Assembly (NCBI GenBank): GCA_963783385.1
Contig: CAWANJ010000002.1
Location: 224,001 to 288,000, forward strand
From: an uncultured Gemmatimonadales bacterium
Lineage (GTDB): Bacteria > Gemmatimonadota > Gemmatimonadetes > Palauibacterales > Palauibacteraceae
Direction of reading: 5' to 3'
Length of the DNA stretch: 64,000 nucleotides
Part shown: piece by piece, positions 39,948 through 50,461 of the stretch
How positions within the stretch are numbered: the first letter of the stretch is position 1
How the letters are laid out: each line of letters begins with the position of its first letter
Position numbers and translations under genes: made by a program
The notes under the pieces: generated by a model
What the model was told of the DNA's origin: nothing
The model's database searches: none
The model's input: only the letters and a program-made list of their open reading frames with translations

Positions 39948-41117
39948 GTGGGCACGCGCGTCCTGATCGCAGGGGGCGGGACGGGGGGACACCTGTATCC
40001 GGCCCTGAACCTGGCCGATGCGCTGAGGCGCGTCGATCCGACGACGAACGTGCTGTACCTGGGAGCGCGGCGCGGGCTGGAGGCCAGCGTGCTTCCGGAG
40101 AGAGGCGTCCCTTATCGGCTGCTCCCGATGCAGCCGCTGCTCAGGAGGCGCCCATGGCGGAACTGGAAGCTGGTGGCGACGGCTCCCGCGGTGGCGTGGG
40201 GCACGCTGGCGGCGTTCAGGAGCTTCCGGCCGGACGTGGTGGTGGGAACGGGTGGCTATGCGGCCGGACCGGCCCTCGCGTGGGCGATGCTGACCGGCCG
40301 ACCGACGGTGCTGCAGGAGCAGAATGCCCGGCCCGGGAGGGTGACGAGACTGTTCGCCCCGCGGGTCGACCAGCTCCACCTGGGATTCCCGGAGGCGCGG
40401 AGGCACCTGGAGCCGGGTCCGGCCACCGAGGTCTTCACCTTCGGGAACCCGATCGCGAGGCCGGAGCGGGCCGCTCCGGGGAGGAGCTTCCCATGGCCGA
40501 AGGGCAGGGTGGTGCTGGTGGCGGGCGGCAGCCAGGGAGCCCGGGGGATCAACCAGCGACTCCTGGCGGATCTGGGGGAGGGGCCGGCGTGGCCGGAGGG
40601 TGCGAGCCTGGTGTGGATCGCGGGCCGGGATCACGCCGAGGCGGTGAGGCGGGCGGCGGAGGCCCTGCCGAGCTCCGGGCACGTACACGTCGTGCCCTAC
40701 ATCGAGGACCTCGGCGCCCAGCTCTCGGCCGTCTCCCTGGCCATCGGGAGGGCCGGGGCGATGTTCGTCTCCGAGCTGGCGGCGGCCGGAGTCCCCTCCG
40801 TGCTCGTCCCGTTCCCGGACGCCGCGGATGCGCACCAGAGCGAGAACGCCCGCGTGCTGGAGGACGCGGGGGCGGCCGTGGTCCGCGAGGAAGCGGAGCT
40901 CCGGCCCGGCGAGCTGTGGGACCTGGCGGCGGAGATCGTGGCCAACGAGCCCCGGCGCGCCCGGATGGCAGCGGCAGCGCGAGCGCGGGGCGCTCCGGAC
41001 GCGGCCGACCGGATCGTCCGGGCGTTGCTGCGTCTGGCGCGGGTCGGCGGGGCGAACGCGCAGGCTGCCCCCGGCCCGCCGGAGTCCCCGGCCCGGAGGA
41101 GAGGGGATGAGAGCTGA
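39948..41117 (+). CDS. murG: MurG glycosyltransferase
   Basis: GGGTGGHLYP, EQN, GNP, GGSQGA, RAGA and HQ..NA. Confidence 0.95.
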   Translation: MGTRVLIAGGGTGGHLYPALNLADALRRVDPTTNVLYLGARRGLEASVLPERGVPYRLLPMQPLLRRRPWRNWKLVATAPAVAWGTLAAFRSFRPDVVVGTGGYAAGPALAWAMLTGRPTVLQEQNARPGRVTRLFAPRVDQLHLGFPEARRHLEPGPATEVFTFGNPIARPERAAPGRSFPWPKGRVVLVAGGSQGARGINQRLLADLGEGPAWPEGASLVWIAGRDHAEAVRRAAEALPSSGHVHVVPYIEDLGAQLSAVSLAIGRAGAMFVSELAAAGVPSVLVPFPDAADAHQSENARVLEDAGAAVVREEAELRPGELWDLAAEIVANEPRRARMAAAARARGAPDAADRIVRALLRLARVGGANAQAAPGPPESPARRRGDES

Positions 41118-42624
41118 GGCCGCCGTGCAGGCGTTCGATGGCTGGCGGAGAGGAGCGGCCGGATCCGGGTCCGATCGGGGCTGGGCTCCCCATCGCCTGC
41201 CGCGAAGCGCCGATCTTCCGGCTCCCGGGTCCGAGGTCCATTCGATGGGCGCGGCGGGCGCCGGCATGCGCGCCCTCGCCGTGCTCCTGGCCGGTGCCGG
41301 CTACCGGGTGAGCGGCTGTGACCGGAGCGGCGGGCCCGTGGAGGAGATCACCGGGGCGGGCGGTCGACTGGACGACAGACACGACGCCACGCACGCGGAG
41401 GGTCCGGCGCTCCTGGTACGAAGCAGTGCGGTGCCGGAGGATCATCCGGAGGTCCTGGCCGCGCGCCGGCTGGGCGTGCCGGTGTGGCGCCGGGCCCGTG
41501 CCCTGGCCGCGCTCGTCAACGACCGCACCCTGGCGGCCGTGAGCGGCACGCACGGAAAGACCACCATCACGGCCATGACCGCTCTGGCGGCCGAGGCCGC
41601 GGGTCTCGATCCGGCGGCGGCCGTGGGGGGCCGGCTTCCGACCTGGGGCAGCAATGCCCGGAGTGGCGGCGGCAGCGTGGCCATCGTCGAGGCCGACGAG
41701 TTCGATCGATCGTTCCTGGAGCTGGACCCCGACCTCGCGGTGGTGAGCGCGGTGGAGGAGGAACACCTGGAGAGCTACGGCAGCGTGGAGGCGCTCGAGG
41801 CGGCCTACCGAACCTTCGCCGGCCGGGCGTCCTCCCGCCTGGGCGTGCTGTGGTGCGCGGACGAGCCGGGGGCCCGGGCGCTGGGCGCCGCGCTCCGGGG
41901 GACCGCGTCGTACGGGTTCGCGGCCGGGTCCGACTACCGCGTCGAGCCGGTCGAGGGATCGCCCGCGGACGGAGGGGTCGCGCCGCGCCGCGCTCTCCTG
42001 CACGCTCCGGAGGGCGAGGTTCCGTTCCTGCTCGGGGCGCCGGGAGCCCACAACCTCCAGAACGCGGGGGCGGCCCTGGCTGCGGCGCTAAGGCTGGGGT
42101 CCGACGCCGCGGACCTCGCGGAGGCGCTGGCCGGATTCACGGGGGTGGCGCGGCGTCTCCAGCGACTGGCGGCCACCGATCGCGTTTTGGTGGTGGACGA
42201 CTATGCGCATCATCCCACCGAGGTGTCCGCCTCCCTGGCCGCCGCCCGACACCTGGCGCCCGACGCGCGCCTGGTGGCGGTGTTCCAGCCGCACCTGTAT
42301 ACGCGCACGCGCCGCTTCGCCGCCGAGTTCGCCTCGGCGCTGTCGGGGGGCGCGGATCTGGCTTTCGTCCTGCCTGTCTACGGTGCGCGCGAGGCGCCCA
42401 TTGAAGGAGTCGATGCGGGCCTGATCGTCCGCGCGGCCGCCGTCGTTCCGGTGGCTGACGCGGCGCCGGTGGAGGAGACCTCCGCCGAGGAAGTGCTGGA
42501 TCTCGTTCGCGCGGCGGCGGCGGGCCAGAGCCCGAGGACGCTGTTCCTGTTCATGGGAGCCGGCACCATCACCGAGCTCGCGCACGCCTGCGCCGGGGCC
42601 GTGAGCGGCCGGGACGTCCCGTGA
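41107..42624 (+). CDS. murC: UDP-MurNAc--L-alanine ligase
   Basis: GTHGKTT, EADEFDRSFL, DDYAHHPTE and FQPHLYTRT. Confidence 0.92.
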   Translation: MRAEAAVQAFDGWRRGAAGSGSDRGWAPHRLPRSADLPAPGSEVHSMGAAGAGMRALAVLLAGAGYRVSGCDRSGGPVEEITGAGGRLDDRHDATHAEGPALLVRSSAVPEDHPEVLAARRLGVPVWRRARALAALVNDRTLAAVSGTHGKTTITAMTALAAEAAGLDPAAAVGGRLPTWGSNARSGGGSVAIVEADEFDRSFLELDPDLAVVSAVEEEHLESYGSVEALEAAYRTFAGRASSRLGVLWCADEPGARALGAALRGTASYGFAAGSDYRVEPVEGSPADGGVAPRRALLHAPEGEVPFLLGAPGAHNLQNAGAALAAALRLGSDAADLAEALAGFTGVARRLQRLAATDRVLVVDDYAHHPTEVSASLAAARHLAPDARLVAVFQPHLYTRTRRFAAEFASALSGGADLAFVLPVYGAREAPIEGVDAGLIVRAAAVVPVADAAPVEETSAEEVLDLVRAAAAGQSPRTLFLFMGAGTITELAHACAGAVSGRDVP

Positions 42625-43355
42625 CGCGCCGCACGCGCCGCCGGATCTACGTGGCCACCATGGCGGCCGCGGTGGGGGCCGGGGCTCCGCTGTGGGCCCC
42701 GGCGGTGCTGGCCCGGCTGCCCGGGTTCCGCGTCGAGAAAGTGCGCGTGGTCGGCACCCACTACGTGCCGCCCGACCGCGTCGCGTCCCTGGCCTCGGTC
42801 GAGCCGGACGCGTCCGTGTGGGACGACCCGGGGCGCTGGGAGGCGCGGGTGCGGTCGGACCCGATGATCGCGGACGCGCGCGTGCGCCGGACGGGAGCAC
42901 ACCGGATCGAGATCCGTGTGACCGAGGTCGAGCCCGTGGCCCTGGTCCCGACGCCGGATCTCGTCCCGGTCGATTCGGCGGGGCACCTCCTGCCCCTGAA
43001 TCCGGCGACGGCCGACCTGGACCTGCCCATCCTGGGATCCAGCGCCAGGGTGGAGGGCGGTCACCTGTCCGATCCGGGGAGCCGGCGGCTGCTCGATGTC
43101 CTGGACCGGCTCCGGTCGGCCGAGCCCGGATTCGTGCGGAGCGCGTCCCAGTTCCTGCGCGTGCCGGGGGGCGTCGAGGTGTTCATGACCGGGGGGGCCG
43201 ACGCGCGCCGGGTGTACCTGCCGGAATCGGATCCGGAGGGGGGACTGCGGCGCGTGGAGGCGGCGCTGGCCGCCCGCGGCGGCGGGTCCTCGGCCGCGCG
43301 CGTCGACGCCCGATTCGACGGGCAGGTGGTCGTGGCGGGCAAGGGGGAGTCGTGA
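42621..43355 (+). CDS. ftsQ: cell division protein FtsQ/DivIB
   Basis: TM segment, POTRA-like region and C-terminal DARFDGQVVV. Lies before ftsA. Confidence 0.8.
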   Translation: MTRRTRRRIYVATMAAAVGAGAPLWAPAVLARLPGFRVEKVRVVGTHYVPPDRVASLASVEPDASVWDDPGRWEARVRSDPMIADARVRRTGAHRIEIRVTEVEPVALVPTPDLVPVDSAGHLLPLNPATADLDLPILGSSARVEGGHLSDPGSRRLLDVLDRLRSAEPGFVRSASQFLRVPGGVEVFMTGGADARRVYLPESDPEGGLRRVEAALAARGGGSSAARVDARFDGQVVVAGKGES

Positions 43356-44575
43356 TCGGCGGGCCGCGCGTGGTGGTGGGGCTGGACGTGGGCTCGACCA
43401 AGACCTGTGCCGTGATCCTCGAGTCGGGTCCCGACGGCGAGGGACCCGACAGGGTCCTGGGGGTGGGGATCGCCCGCACCGAGGGTCTGCGCAGCGAGGC
43501 CGTCACCGACCTCGAGGCCACCACGCGCTCCATCCGGGAGTCCGTCCGCGAGGCCGAGATCATGGCGGGCCTCGAGGTGGAGAGCGTCTACGTCGGCCTC
43601 ACCGGCGCCCACGTGGAGGTGGGGTCGAGCTCGGGCGTGGTGGCCGTGTCCGGCCACGAGATCACCGACCAGGACATGGCCCGCGTCCACGAAGTGGGGC
43701 GCGCCGTGGTCGTGCCGCCCGACCGGGAGCTGGTGCACGCGATACCCCAGGAGTACGCCGTCGATGGCCGGGGGGGCATCCACGCGCCGATCGGGATGAC
43801 GGGCACCCGGCTGGAGGCGGAGCTATGCATCGTGACCGCCGACTCGGCCGCGTGCCGCGACCTGCGGCGGGCGGTGGACCGCGCCGGCTACGGCGTGGAG
43901 GAGCTCGTGCTGGAGCCCCTGGCCAGCAGCCTCGCGGTCCTGCGCGACAGCGAGCGGGAGGCGGGCGTGGCCCTGGTGGAGGTCGGCGGGGCGCGCACGG
44001 AGGTGGCCGTCTTCCAGAGCGGCAAGATCCGCAGGCTGACGTCCCTGCGCTGGGGAGGACAGTCGGTGACCAACGACATCATCAAGGGGCTCGGCGTCCC
44101 GGTCGAGGAAGCGGAGCGGCTCAAGCGCGAGTTCGGCGCCGCGCGCGCCGCCCTCGTCGACCGCGAGGAGCGGCTCGAGGTGCCGGGCCCGGCACCGGGC
44201 GTCACCCGTAAGGTCTCGAGGGAGCTGCTGGCCCACATCATCGAGCAGCGCCTCGACGAGATCTTCGGCCTGGTCTACGACGATCTCGAGGAGGCGGGCC
44301 TTCGGGAAGGCCTGGCCACGGGGATCGTCCTCACGGGAGGTACGGTGTCGCTGCCCGGCGCGGTGGAGCTGGCGCAGGGCGTGTTCAATCTGCCGGTGCG
44401 GCTCGGCGAGCCCGGCGCGGACCTGACAGGACTTGCCGATGCCGTGCGGCGGCCGAAGTTCGCCACGGCCGTGGGCCTGGCGCTGTACGGGAAGATGCGG
44501 GAGGGACGACGAGGAGGCGGCGTAGCGGGCCGGACACTGGCCCGGGTCACGGAGTGGCTGAGGGACTTCTTCTAG
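43352..44575 (+). CDS. ftsA: cell division protein FtsA
   Basis: GLDVGSTK, PIGM.G.RLE, AERLK, VLTGG and ATAVGL. Confidence 0.95.
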   Translation: MIGGPRVVVGLDVGSTKTCAVILESGPDGEGPDRVLGVGIARTEGLRSEAVTDLEATTRSIRESVREAEIMAGLEVESVYVGLTGAHVEVGSSSGVVAVSGHEITDQDMARVHEVGRAVVVPPDRELVHAIPQEYAVDGRGGIHAPIGMTGTRLEAELCIVTADSAACRDLRRAVDRAGYGVEELVLEPLASSLAVLRDSEREAGVALVEVGGARTEVAVFQSGKIRRLTSLRWGGQSVTNDIIKGLGVPVEEAERLKREFGAARAALVDREERLEVPGPAPGVTRKVSRELLAHIIEQRLDEIFGLVYDDLEEAGLREGLATGIVLTGGTVSLPGAVELAQGVFNLPVRLGEPGADLTGLADAVRRPKFATAVGLALYGKMREGRRGGGVAGRTLARVTEWLRDFF

Positions 44576-44586
44576 AGGAGGACAGG

Positions 44587-45795
44587 ATGGTCTTCGAGTT
44601 CGATGACAGTATGGCCCGGAACGCCAAGATGAAGGTGGTCGGCGTCGGCGGCGCGGGCGGCAACGCCATCAACCGCATGATCGCCGAGCAGCTCGAGGGC
44701 GTGGAGTTCATCGCGATCAACACGGACGTCCAGTCGCTGAAGCGCTGCGAGTCCCACCTCACCATCCAGATCGGGAAGAAGCTGACGCGCGGACTCGGGG
44801 CCGGAGCCCGACCGGAAATCGGTCGCCAGGCGATTGCCGAGTCCGAGGACGAGGTGCACAGGGCGCTGGACGGAGCGGACCTCGTGTTCGTCACCGCGGG
44901 TATGGGGGGAGGCACCGGCACGGGAGCCGCGCCGACCGTGGGACGGATCGCCCGCGAAATGGGTGCCCTGGCCATCGCGATCGTGACGCGTCCGTTCCAC
45001 TTCGAGGGGCGCAAGCGGATGCGCCACGCCGAGATCGGGCTGCGGGAGCTCCGGCGCACCGTGGACACGATGATCGTGGTGCCCAACGAGCGGCTCCTGT
45101 CCGTGGTGGGGAAGGGGACGACCTTCCGGGACGCGCTCAAGAAGGCGGACGAGGTCCTGCTCCACGCCACGCAGGGCATCTCCGACCTCATCAGCGTCAC
45201 CGGCGAGGTCAACGTGGACTTCGCCGACGTGCGCACCGTGATGTCGAACCGGGGCGACGCGCTCATGGGAACGGGTAAGGCCACGGGGGAGAACCGGGCG
45301 GTCGAGTCGGCCCAGCAGGCCATTTGCTCTCCGCTGCTCGACAGCGTATCGATCAACGGGGCCACGGGCGTCCTCGTGAACATCTCCGGCGGTCCGGACC
45401 TCACCATCGACGAGGTCACGACCATCAACTCCATCGTCCAGGAGGCGGCGGGCGAGGAGGCCGAGATGATCTTCGGCGCCGTGCAGGATGGCGGCCTCGA
45501 GGGCCAGGTTCGCGTGACGGTCATCGCCACCGGCTTCGGCACGGTCGTCGAGGAGGAAGAGGAAGAGCGCGTGGAGAGGGCCCCGGTCAGGCGCGGCCCC
45601 ACCCGGCAGCGCGAGCCGGTCGCGGCCTTCGTCGGCCCGAAGCTGGTGAAGGAGGAGCGGGAGGTCGGCGAGCCCGCTCCCGAGCGGGACAAGGCGCCGG
45701 AGCGGCGGGAAGAGGAGGAGCGCCCACGTCCCACGCGTCGCGAGGACCTCGAGGACCTCGAGATCCCGACCTTCATCCGGCGGCAGATGGACTGA
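44587..45795 (+). CDS. ftsZ: cell division protein FtsZ
   Basis: GGGTGTG, NVDFAD and C-terminal LEIPTFIR. Confidence 0.98.
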   Translation: MVFEFDDSMARNAKMKVVGVGGAGGNAINRMIAEQLEGVEFIAINTDVQSLKRCESHLTIQIGKKLTRGLGAGARPEIGRQAIAESEDEVHRALDGADLVFVTAGMGGGTGTGAAPTVGRIAREMGALAIAIVTRPFHFEGRKRMRHAEIGLRELRRTVDTMIVVPNERLLSVVGKGTTFRDALKKADEVLLHATQGISDLISVTGEVNVDFADVRTVMSNRGDALMGTGKATGENRAVESAQQAICSPLLDSVSINGATGVLVNISGGPDLTIDEVTTINSIVQEAAGEEAEMIFGAVQDGGLEGQVRVTVIATGFGTVVEEEEEERVERAPVRRGPTRQREPVAAFVGPKLVKEEREVGEPAPERDKAPERREEEERPRPTRREDLEDLEIPTFIRRQMD

Positions 45796-45823
45796 GTCCA
45801 CGAACCAGACACCCGGAGAGCGC

Positions 45824-47224
45824 ATGCCATCGACGCCGCACGAGCTCGGGCCACCGCCCGACCCCGCCGCGCACGGGGATCCCGGTTCCGGGGGACCGCG
45901 CGTTCGCGTCGTCGGTATCGCCGCGGGGGTCGTGCTCGCGTCGGTTCTGCTCGTGAGCCTGATCGCCCGGAGCAGCGGGTCGCAGGCCCCCCGTCCCCCC
46001 GACCCGCCCGACTCTCACCCCGCCCTCACTCCCGTGCCTACGCCGGCGGCGGCTCCGCCGGTGGTGCGGGACGCGGACACCATCCGCGCGGGCCGCAGCC
46101 TGGGGCAGGTGCTCGCCTCGGCCGGCCTGGGCGGAGACGGCTACGGCCAGGTCCTGACCGCGATCCGTTCCCACGTGAACCCGCGACGGCTGCCGCGCGG
46201 GCTCGTGGTACGAACCACGGCGCGGGTCCCCGAGACCACGGACCGTGTCGCGCTGGCCCTCGACCAGGACCGGACCCTGGTCCTGGACCGCCGGCGCGAG
46301 GGGTGGAGAACCAGGATCGACTCCGTGTCGGTCTCGATCGACACCCTGTACGTGGGGGGCGTCATCGAGTCCAACCTGTGGACCTCGGAGCTGTTCGGCG
46401 ACACCGCGCGCCTGGCTCCCAACGAGAACGTCGAGATCTTCCTCAAGCTGGCGCAGATCTACGCGTGGCAGGTGGACTTCTTCCGCGACATCCGCCCCGG
46501 TGACGCCTTTCGGGTGATGGTCCGGCGCGAGGTGCGCCCGGACGGAAGCGTGCGCCGGGCCGACGTGCTGGCGGCGGAGTTCTTGAACCAGGGACGGCGG
46601 CTCCCGGCCGTGCGCTTCGTCACGGCGGATGGCCCGGAGGAGTACTACGACGAGAACGGCAACGCCACCCGAAAGGCCTTCCTGCGCGCCCCCCTGAAAT
46701 TCAGCCCGGTCACCTCTGGCTTCAGCCGTCGCCGCTACCACCCCATCCTCCACCGATGGCGGGCGCACCGGGGCATCGACTACGGCGCCGCCCGGGGCAC
46801 GCCCGTGCACGCCACCGGCGCCGGCGTCGTGACCCGGGCGGGCCGGTGGGACGGCTACGGCCGCATGATCGAGATTCGCCACAACTCGCTGTACCGAACC
46901 CGCTACGCGCACCTGAGGGGGCTGGCCAGGGGCATCCACCGCGGAGCCCGGGTCCAACAGAACCAGGTCATCGGCTACGTGGGGATGACGGGCCTGGCCA
47001 CGGCCCCACACCTCCACTACGAGTTCCTGGTGAACGGCGTCCAGCGCGATCCGAGGAGGGTGAAGCTCCCGCCCGGCAAGCCCATACCCCGGAGCCAGCT
47101 CGCCAGCTTCGAGCGCCGCCGCGATCGGCGACTGGAGCGGCTCGACGGCCTGGGCTTCCCGCCGGCCGCGCACCTGGCTGCGGCACCGGGCGACACGGAC
47201 CTCGGCCGGGATCCCTCCGAGTAG
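45824..47224 (+). CDS. M23 family peptidoglycan endopeptidase (MepM-like)
   Basis: HRGIDY, YAHL and PHLHYE. Confidence 0.9.
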   Translation: MPSTPHELGPPPDPAAHGDPGSGGPRVRVVGIAAGVVLASVLLVSLIARSSGSQAPRPPDPPDSHPALTPVPTPAAAPPVVRDADTIRAGRSLGQVLASAGLGGDGYGQVLTAIRSHVNPRRLPRGLVVRTTARVPETTDRVALALDQDRTLVLDRRREGWRTRIDSVSVSIDTLYVGGVIESNLWTSELFGDTARLAPNENVEIFLKLAQIYAWQVDFFRDIRPGDAFRVMVRREVRPDGSVRRADVLAAEFLNQGRRLPAVRFVTADGPEEYYDENGNATRKAFLRAPLKFSPVTSGFSRRRYHPILHRWRAHRGIDYGAARGTPVHATGAGVVTRAGRWDGYGRMIEIRHNSLYRTRYAHLRGLARGIHRGARVQQNQVIGYVGMTGLATAPHLHYEFLVNGVQRDPRRVKLPPGKPIPRSQLASFERRRDRRLERLDGLGFPPAAHLAAAPGDTDLGRDPSE

Positions 47225-47339
47225 CGGGACGCGCACGGGCCGGCGCCGGATCCGCTCCGGCCCCGGTCGGTATATTCTCCCCAGACGACGCCGCGCCCCG
47301 GCCGCGCGGCTCCCGCCGTGACTTCGACACCGGGACACC

Positions 47340-48284
47340 GTGAGCGACACCAGGCTGGACGTGGGGAGGAAGGCCTCCCTCTGGCAGCGCATCAAGGACA
47401 TCGCCCTCACCGACGTGGGGACGCTGATCCGCGGCATCGACGGGGAGTCGATCGCGGAGCTCGAGCGCGTCCTCCTGGAGTCCGACTTCGGGCTCGATGC
47501 GGCGCTCGACCTGGTGGACGACCTCGAGCGCGCCGCGCAGCGCGGCGACGTGAACACCGAGCCCGAGCTCCGGGAGCGGCTGGCCGACCGGGTGCGGGAG
47601 ATCCTGCTGGAGGCCCGCGGAGAAGGGGACGCGCGGCCCGGCCAGGATCTGCGCTGGCCGGAGCAGGGTCCCTGCGTCGTCCTCCTGCTGGGGGTGAACG
47701 GCAGCGGCAAGACGACCACGGCGGCCAAGCTCGCGCACCGGGCCCGGGCGGCGGGAAAGAGCGTGGTCCTGGCGGCCGGAGACACCTTCCGTGCGGCAGC
47801 CCGCGAGCAGCTCGAAACCTGGGCCCGCCGCACGGGCGCTCGCTTCGTGGGCGGTCAGCAGGGCGGGGATCCCGCGGCCGTGGCCTACGACGCGGTCGAG
47901 TCCGCGGTGGAGCGAGGCGAGGACCTGGTCGTCCTGGACACGGCCGGACGCCTCCACACGCACAGGGGCCTGCTGGACGAGCTCGCCAAGGTGGACCGGG
48001 TCGTGGGACGCCTGGTGGAGGGCGCCCCCCACGAGAGGCTCCTGGTCGTGGACGCGACCTCGGGACAGAACGTCCTGGTCCAGGCGCGGGAGTTCGGAAA
48101 CGAGGTCCCGCTCAGCGGCCTCGTCCTCGCCAAGCTCGACTCGACGGCCCGCGGCGGGGCGGTGGTGGCCGTGGCCCGGGAGACGGGCCTTCCGGTGCGC
48201 CTGGTGGGAACGGGCGAGACGCCGGACGACCTGGAGCCCTTCGACCCCTCGCGTTTCGTGGAGGGGATCCTGGGTCCCGCGTGA
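47340..48284 (+). CDS. ftsY: SRP receptor FtsY (short form, no acidic domain)
   Basis: GVNGSGKTT, DTFRAAA, DTAGR and KLDSTARGG. Confidence 0.95.
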   Translation: MSDTRLDVGRKASLWQRIKDIALTDVGTLIRGIDGESIAELERVLLESDFGLDAALDLVDDLERAAQRGDVNTEPELRERLADRVREILLEARGEGDARPGQDLRWPEQGPCVVLLLGVNGSGKTTTAAKLAHRARAAGKSVVLAAGDTFRAAAREQLETWARRTGARFVGGQQGGDPAAVAYDAVESAVERGEDLVVLDTAGRLHTHRGLLDELAKVDRVVGRLVEGAPHERLLVVDATSGQNVLVQAREFGNEVPLSGLVLAKLDSTARGGAVVAVARETGLPVRLVGTGETPDDLEPFDPSRFVEGILGPA

Positions 48285-48294
48285 GGCCCGCGCC

Positions 48295-50400
48295 TTGAGC
48301 GGCCGCTCCCTCCTCTCCAGCTCCGTCCAGTACCTCAAGGGCGTGGGTCCCCGGCGGGCCGAGCGCTTCGCGCGCCTCGAGGTGCGCACCGGCCGGGATC
48401 TCCTCTTCCACCTGCCCCATCGCTACGAGGACGCCACCACGGTAACGCCGATCGCGTCCCTGGAGCCGGGGGACGAGGCGACCGTGATCGGCCGGATCGT
48501 GTCGCAGGGCGTGCTGGCCACCCGGAAGCGGCTGCGGATCTTCCGGGCGGTGCTCCGGGACGACACGGGGCTCATCGAGGCCGCGTGGCCCGGCCAGCCG
48601 TGGCTCGACCGGAGCCTGCGGAAGGGAGACCTTCTCCTGGCCTCGGGCCCGGTGCGCTTCTTCCATGGCCGCCAGCTCCAGCCGCGTGAGTTCACCGTGC
48701 TGGCGTCGGGAGAGGAGGACGGTGACGGGGAAGGGGACGACGCGGCCGGGGAACGGGGCGGCCGCGTGTTCCCCGTGTACCCCGCCACGGAGGGGCTCAG
48801 CCACCGGCAGATCCGAGGGATCGTCCGGGAGAACCTGGCCGACCTTCTCCGCGAAGCCGACGAGCGGGATCCGGTGCCGGCGGCGTGGCGGGAGGCGCTG
48901 GACCTGCCGGGTCTGGGCGCGGCCCTGCGGGCCCTGCACGTGCCGCGGTCAATGCGCGAGGTGGAGCCCGCCCGGCGGCGGGTGGCGTTCGACGAGCTCC
49001 TGTTCCTCCAGCTCCTGCACGCCCGGGCCCGGCACCGGCTCAAGCGCGAGAGCCGCGGGATCGCCCACGACGCCGCGGCCGACCTCACCGGACCCTTCCT
49101 CGAGGGACTCCCCTTCCGCCTCACGGGGGCTCAGGAGCGGGCCTGGGCCGAGATCCGGTCCGACATGGAGCGGCCCGAGCGCATGTACCGGCTGCTACAG
49201 GGGGACGTGGGATGCGGCAAGACCGTGGTGGCGGCCGCGGCGCTGCTGCGCTCCGTGGAGTCGGGCCACCAGGCCGCGCTCATGGCCCCGACCGAGTTGC
49301 TGGCCGAGCAGCACCTCCGCACCCTGTCGGAGCTCACCGCTGGCCTGGGCGTCGAGCCCGTGTTGGTCACGGGCCGGCTCACCCCGGGGCAGCGCAGGGA
49401 CCGGCTCGAGAGCCTGGCGGCGGGGAAGGCTCGCCTCGTGGTCGGGACGCACGCGCTCATCCAGGAGGACGTGGCCTGGCACGACCTCGGCCTCGCCGTC
49501 GTGGACGAGCAGCACCGCTTCGGGGTCGAGCAGCGCCGCCTGCTGCGCGACGCCTCGGGTGCCGCGGACATGCTGGTGATGTCGGCCACCCCGATCCCGC
49601 GCTCGCTGGCGCTGACGCTGTACGGCGACCTGGACCTGTCCGTCATCGACGAGATGCCTCCCGGGCGGCGCCCCGTGGTGACGGGGGTGCGCGGTCCCGG
49701 GGCGCGCGAGGCCGCGTTCACGTTCCTCCGGGAGAAGATCGCCGAGGGCCGGCAGGCGTACGTGGTCTATCCGCTGATCGAGGAGTCCGAGGCGGTGGAT
49801 GCCCGTTCGGCCACGCGGATGCGGGACCGGCTGGCCGACCGCTTCCCCGAGCTGCGCGTCGAGCTGCTGCACGGACGCCTCTCCTCGGAGGAGAAGGAGG
49901 CGGTCATGCGCCGCTTCCTGGCCGGGGAGGCCGAGATCCTGGTCGCCACGACGGTGATCGAGGTGGGCATCGACGTGCCCAACGCGACGCTCATGTACAT
50001 CGAGGACGCCGAGCGCTTCGGGCTGGCCCAGCTCCACCAGCTCCGGGGCCGGGTGGGGCGGGGCGCCGAGCAGAGCTACTGCGTGGCCTTCCACTCCGGG
50101 AGCGGCGAGCCGCCCGAGCGTCTGGCCGTGTTCGCCTCCACCACGAACGGGTTCGAGCTCGCCCGGGCGGACCTCCGGCTGCGGGGGCAGGGGGACCTGT
50201 TCGGTCCCGAGCAGCACGGCATGCCGGCGCTGCGTCACGCCGATCTCGAGCGGGACGCCGACCTGGCGGCCGAGGCCCGACGCCGGGCGCGGGAGATGGT
50301 GGCGGACGATCCGGGCCTCGGCCGGCCGGAGAACCGGGGCCTGGCCCGGGAGCTGGCCGAGCGCCACGGCGATCGCGAGGGGCTGTACGGCGTGGGTTGA
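48295..50400 (+). CDS. recG: ATP-dependent DNA helicase RecG
   Basis: LKGVGP, QGDVGCGKT, DEQHRFG, SATPIPR and QLRGRVGRG. Confidence 0.96.
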   Translation: MSGRSLLSSSVQYLKGVGPRRAERFARLEVRTGRDLLFHLPHRYEDATTVTPIASLEPGDEATVIGRIVSQGVLATRKRLRIFRAVLRDDTGLIEAAWPGQPWLDRSLRKGDLLLASGPVRFFHGRQLQPREFTVLASGEEDGDGEGDDAAGERGGRVFPVYPATEGLSHRQIRGIVRENLADLLREADERDPVPAAWREALDLPGLGAALRALHVPRSMREVEPARRRVAFDELLFLQLLHARARHRLKRESRGIAHDAAADLTGPFLEGLPFRLTGAQERAWAEIRSDMERPERMYRLLQGDVGCGKTVVAAAALLRSVESGHQAALMAPTELLAEQHLRTLSELTAGLGVEPVLVTGRLTPGQRRDRLESLAAGKARLVVGTHALIQEDVAWHDLGLAVVDEQHRFGVEQRRLLRDASGAADMLVMSATPIPRSLALTLYGDLDLSVIDEMPPGRRPVVTGVRGPGAREAAFTFLREKIAEGRQAYVVYPLIEESEAVDARSATRMRDRLADRFPELRVELLHGRLSSEEKEAVMRRFLAGEAEILVATTVIEVGIDVPNATLMYIEDAERFGLAQLHQLRGRVGRGAEQSYCVAFHSGSGEPPERLAVFASTTNGFELARADLRLRGQGDLFGPEQHGMPALRHADLERDADLAAEARRRAREMVADDPGLGRPENRGLARELAERHGDREGLYGVG

Positions 50401-50426
50401 GCCGGGGGCCGTGACCGGGCCGGTCT

Positions 50427-50455
50427 TTGACAGGCAGCGGGCTCTCTCCTACGCT
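50427..50455 (+). promoter_or_regulatory. sigma70-type promoter, probably giving a leaderless mRNA
   Basis: TTGACA-N17-TACGCT, with ATG 50462 seven nt after the -10 box. Confidence 0.6.
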
Positions 50456-50461
50456 CGATCC

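Noticed and set aside
41107-43355. murB and ddl absent from the dcw cluster
   Set aside because: These genes are often located elsewhere, so their absence from this window is uninformative.
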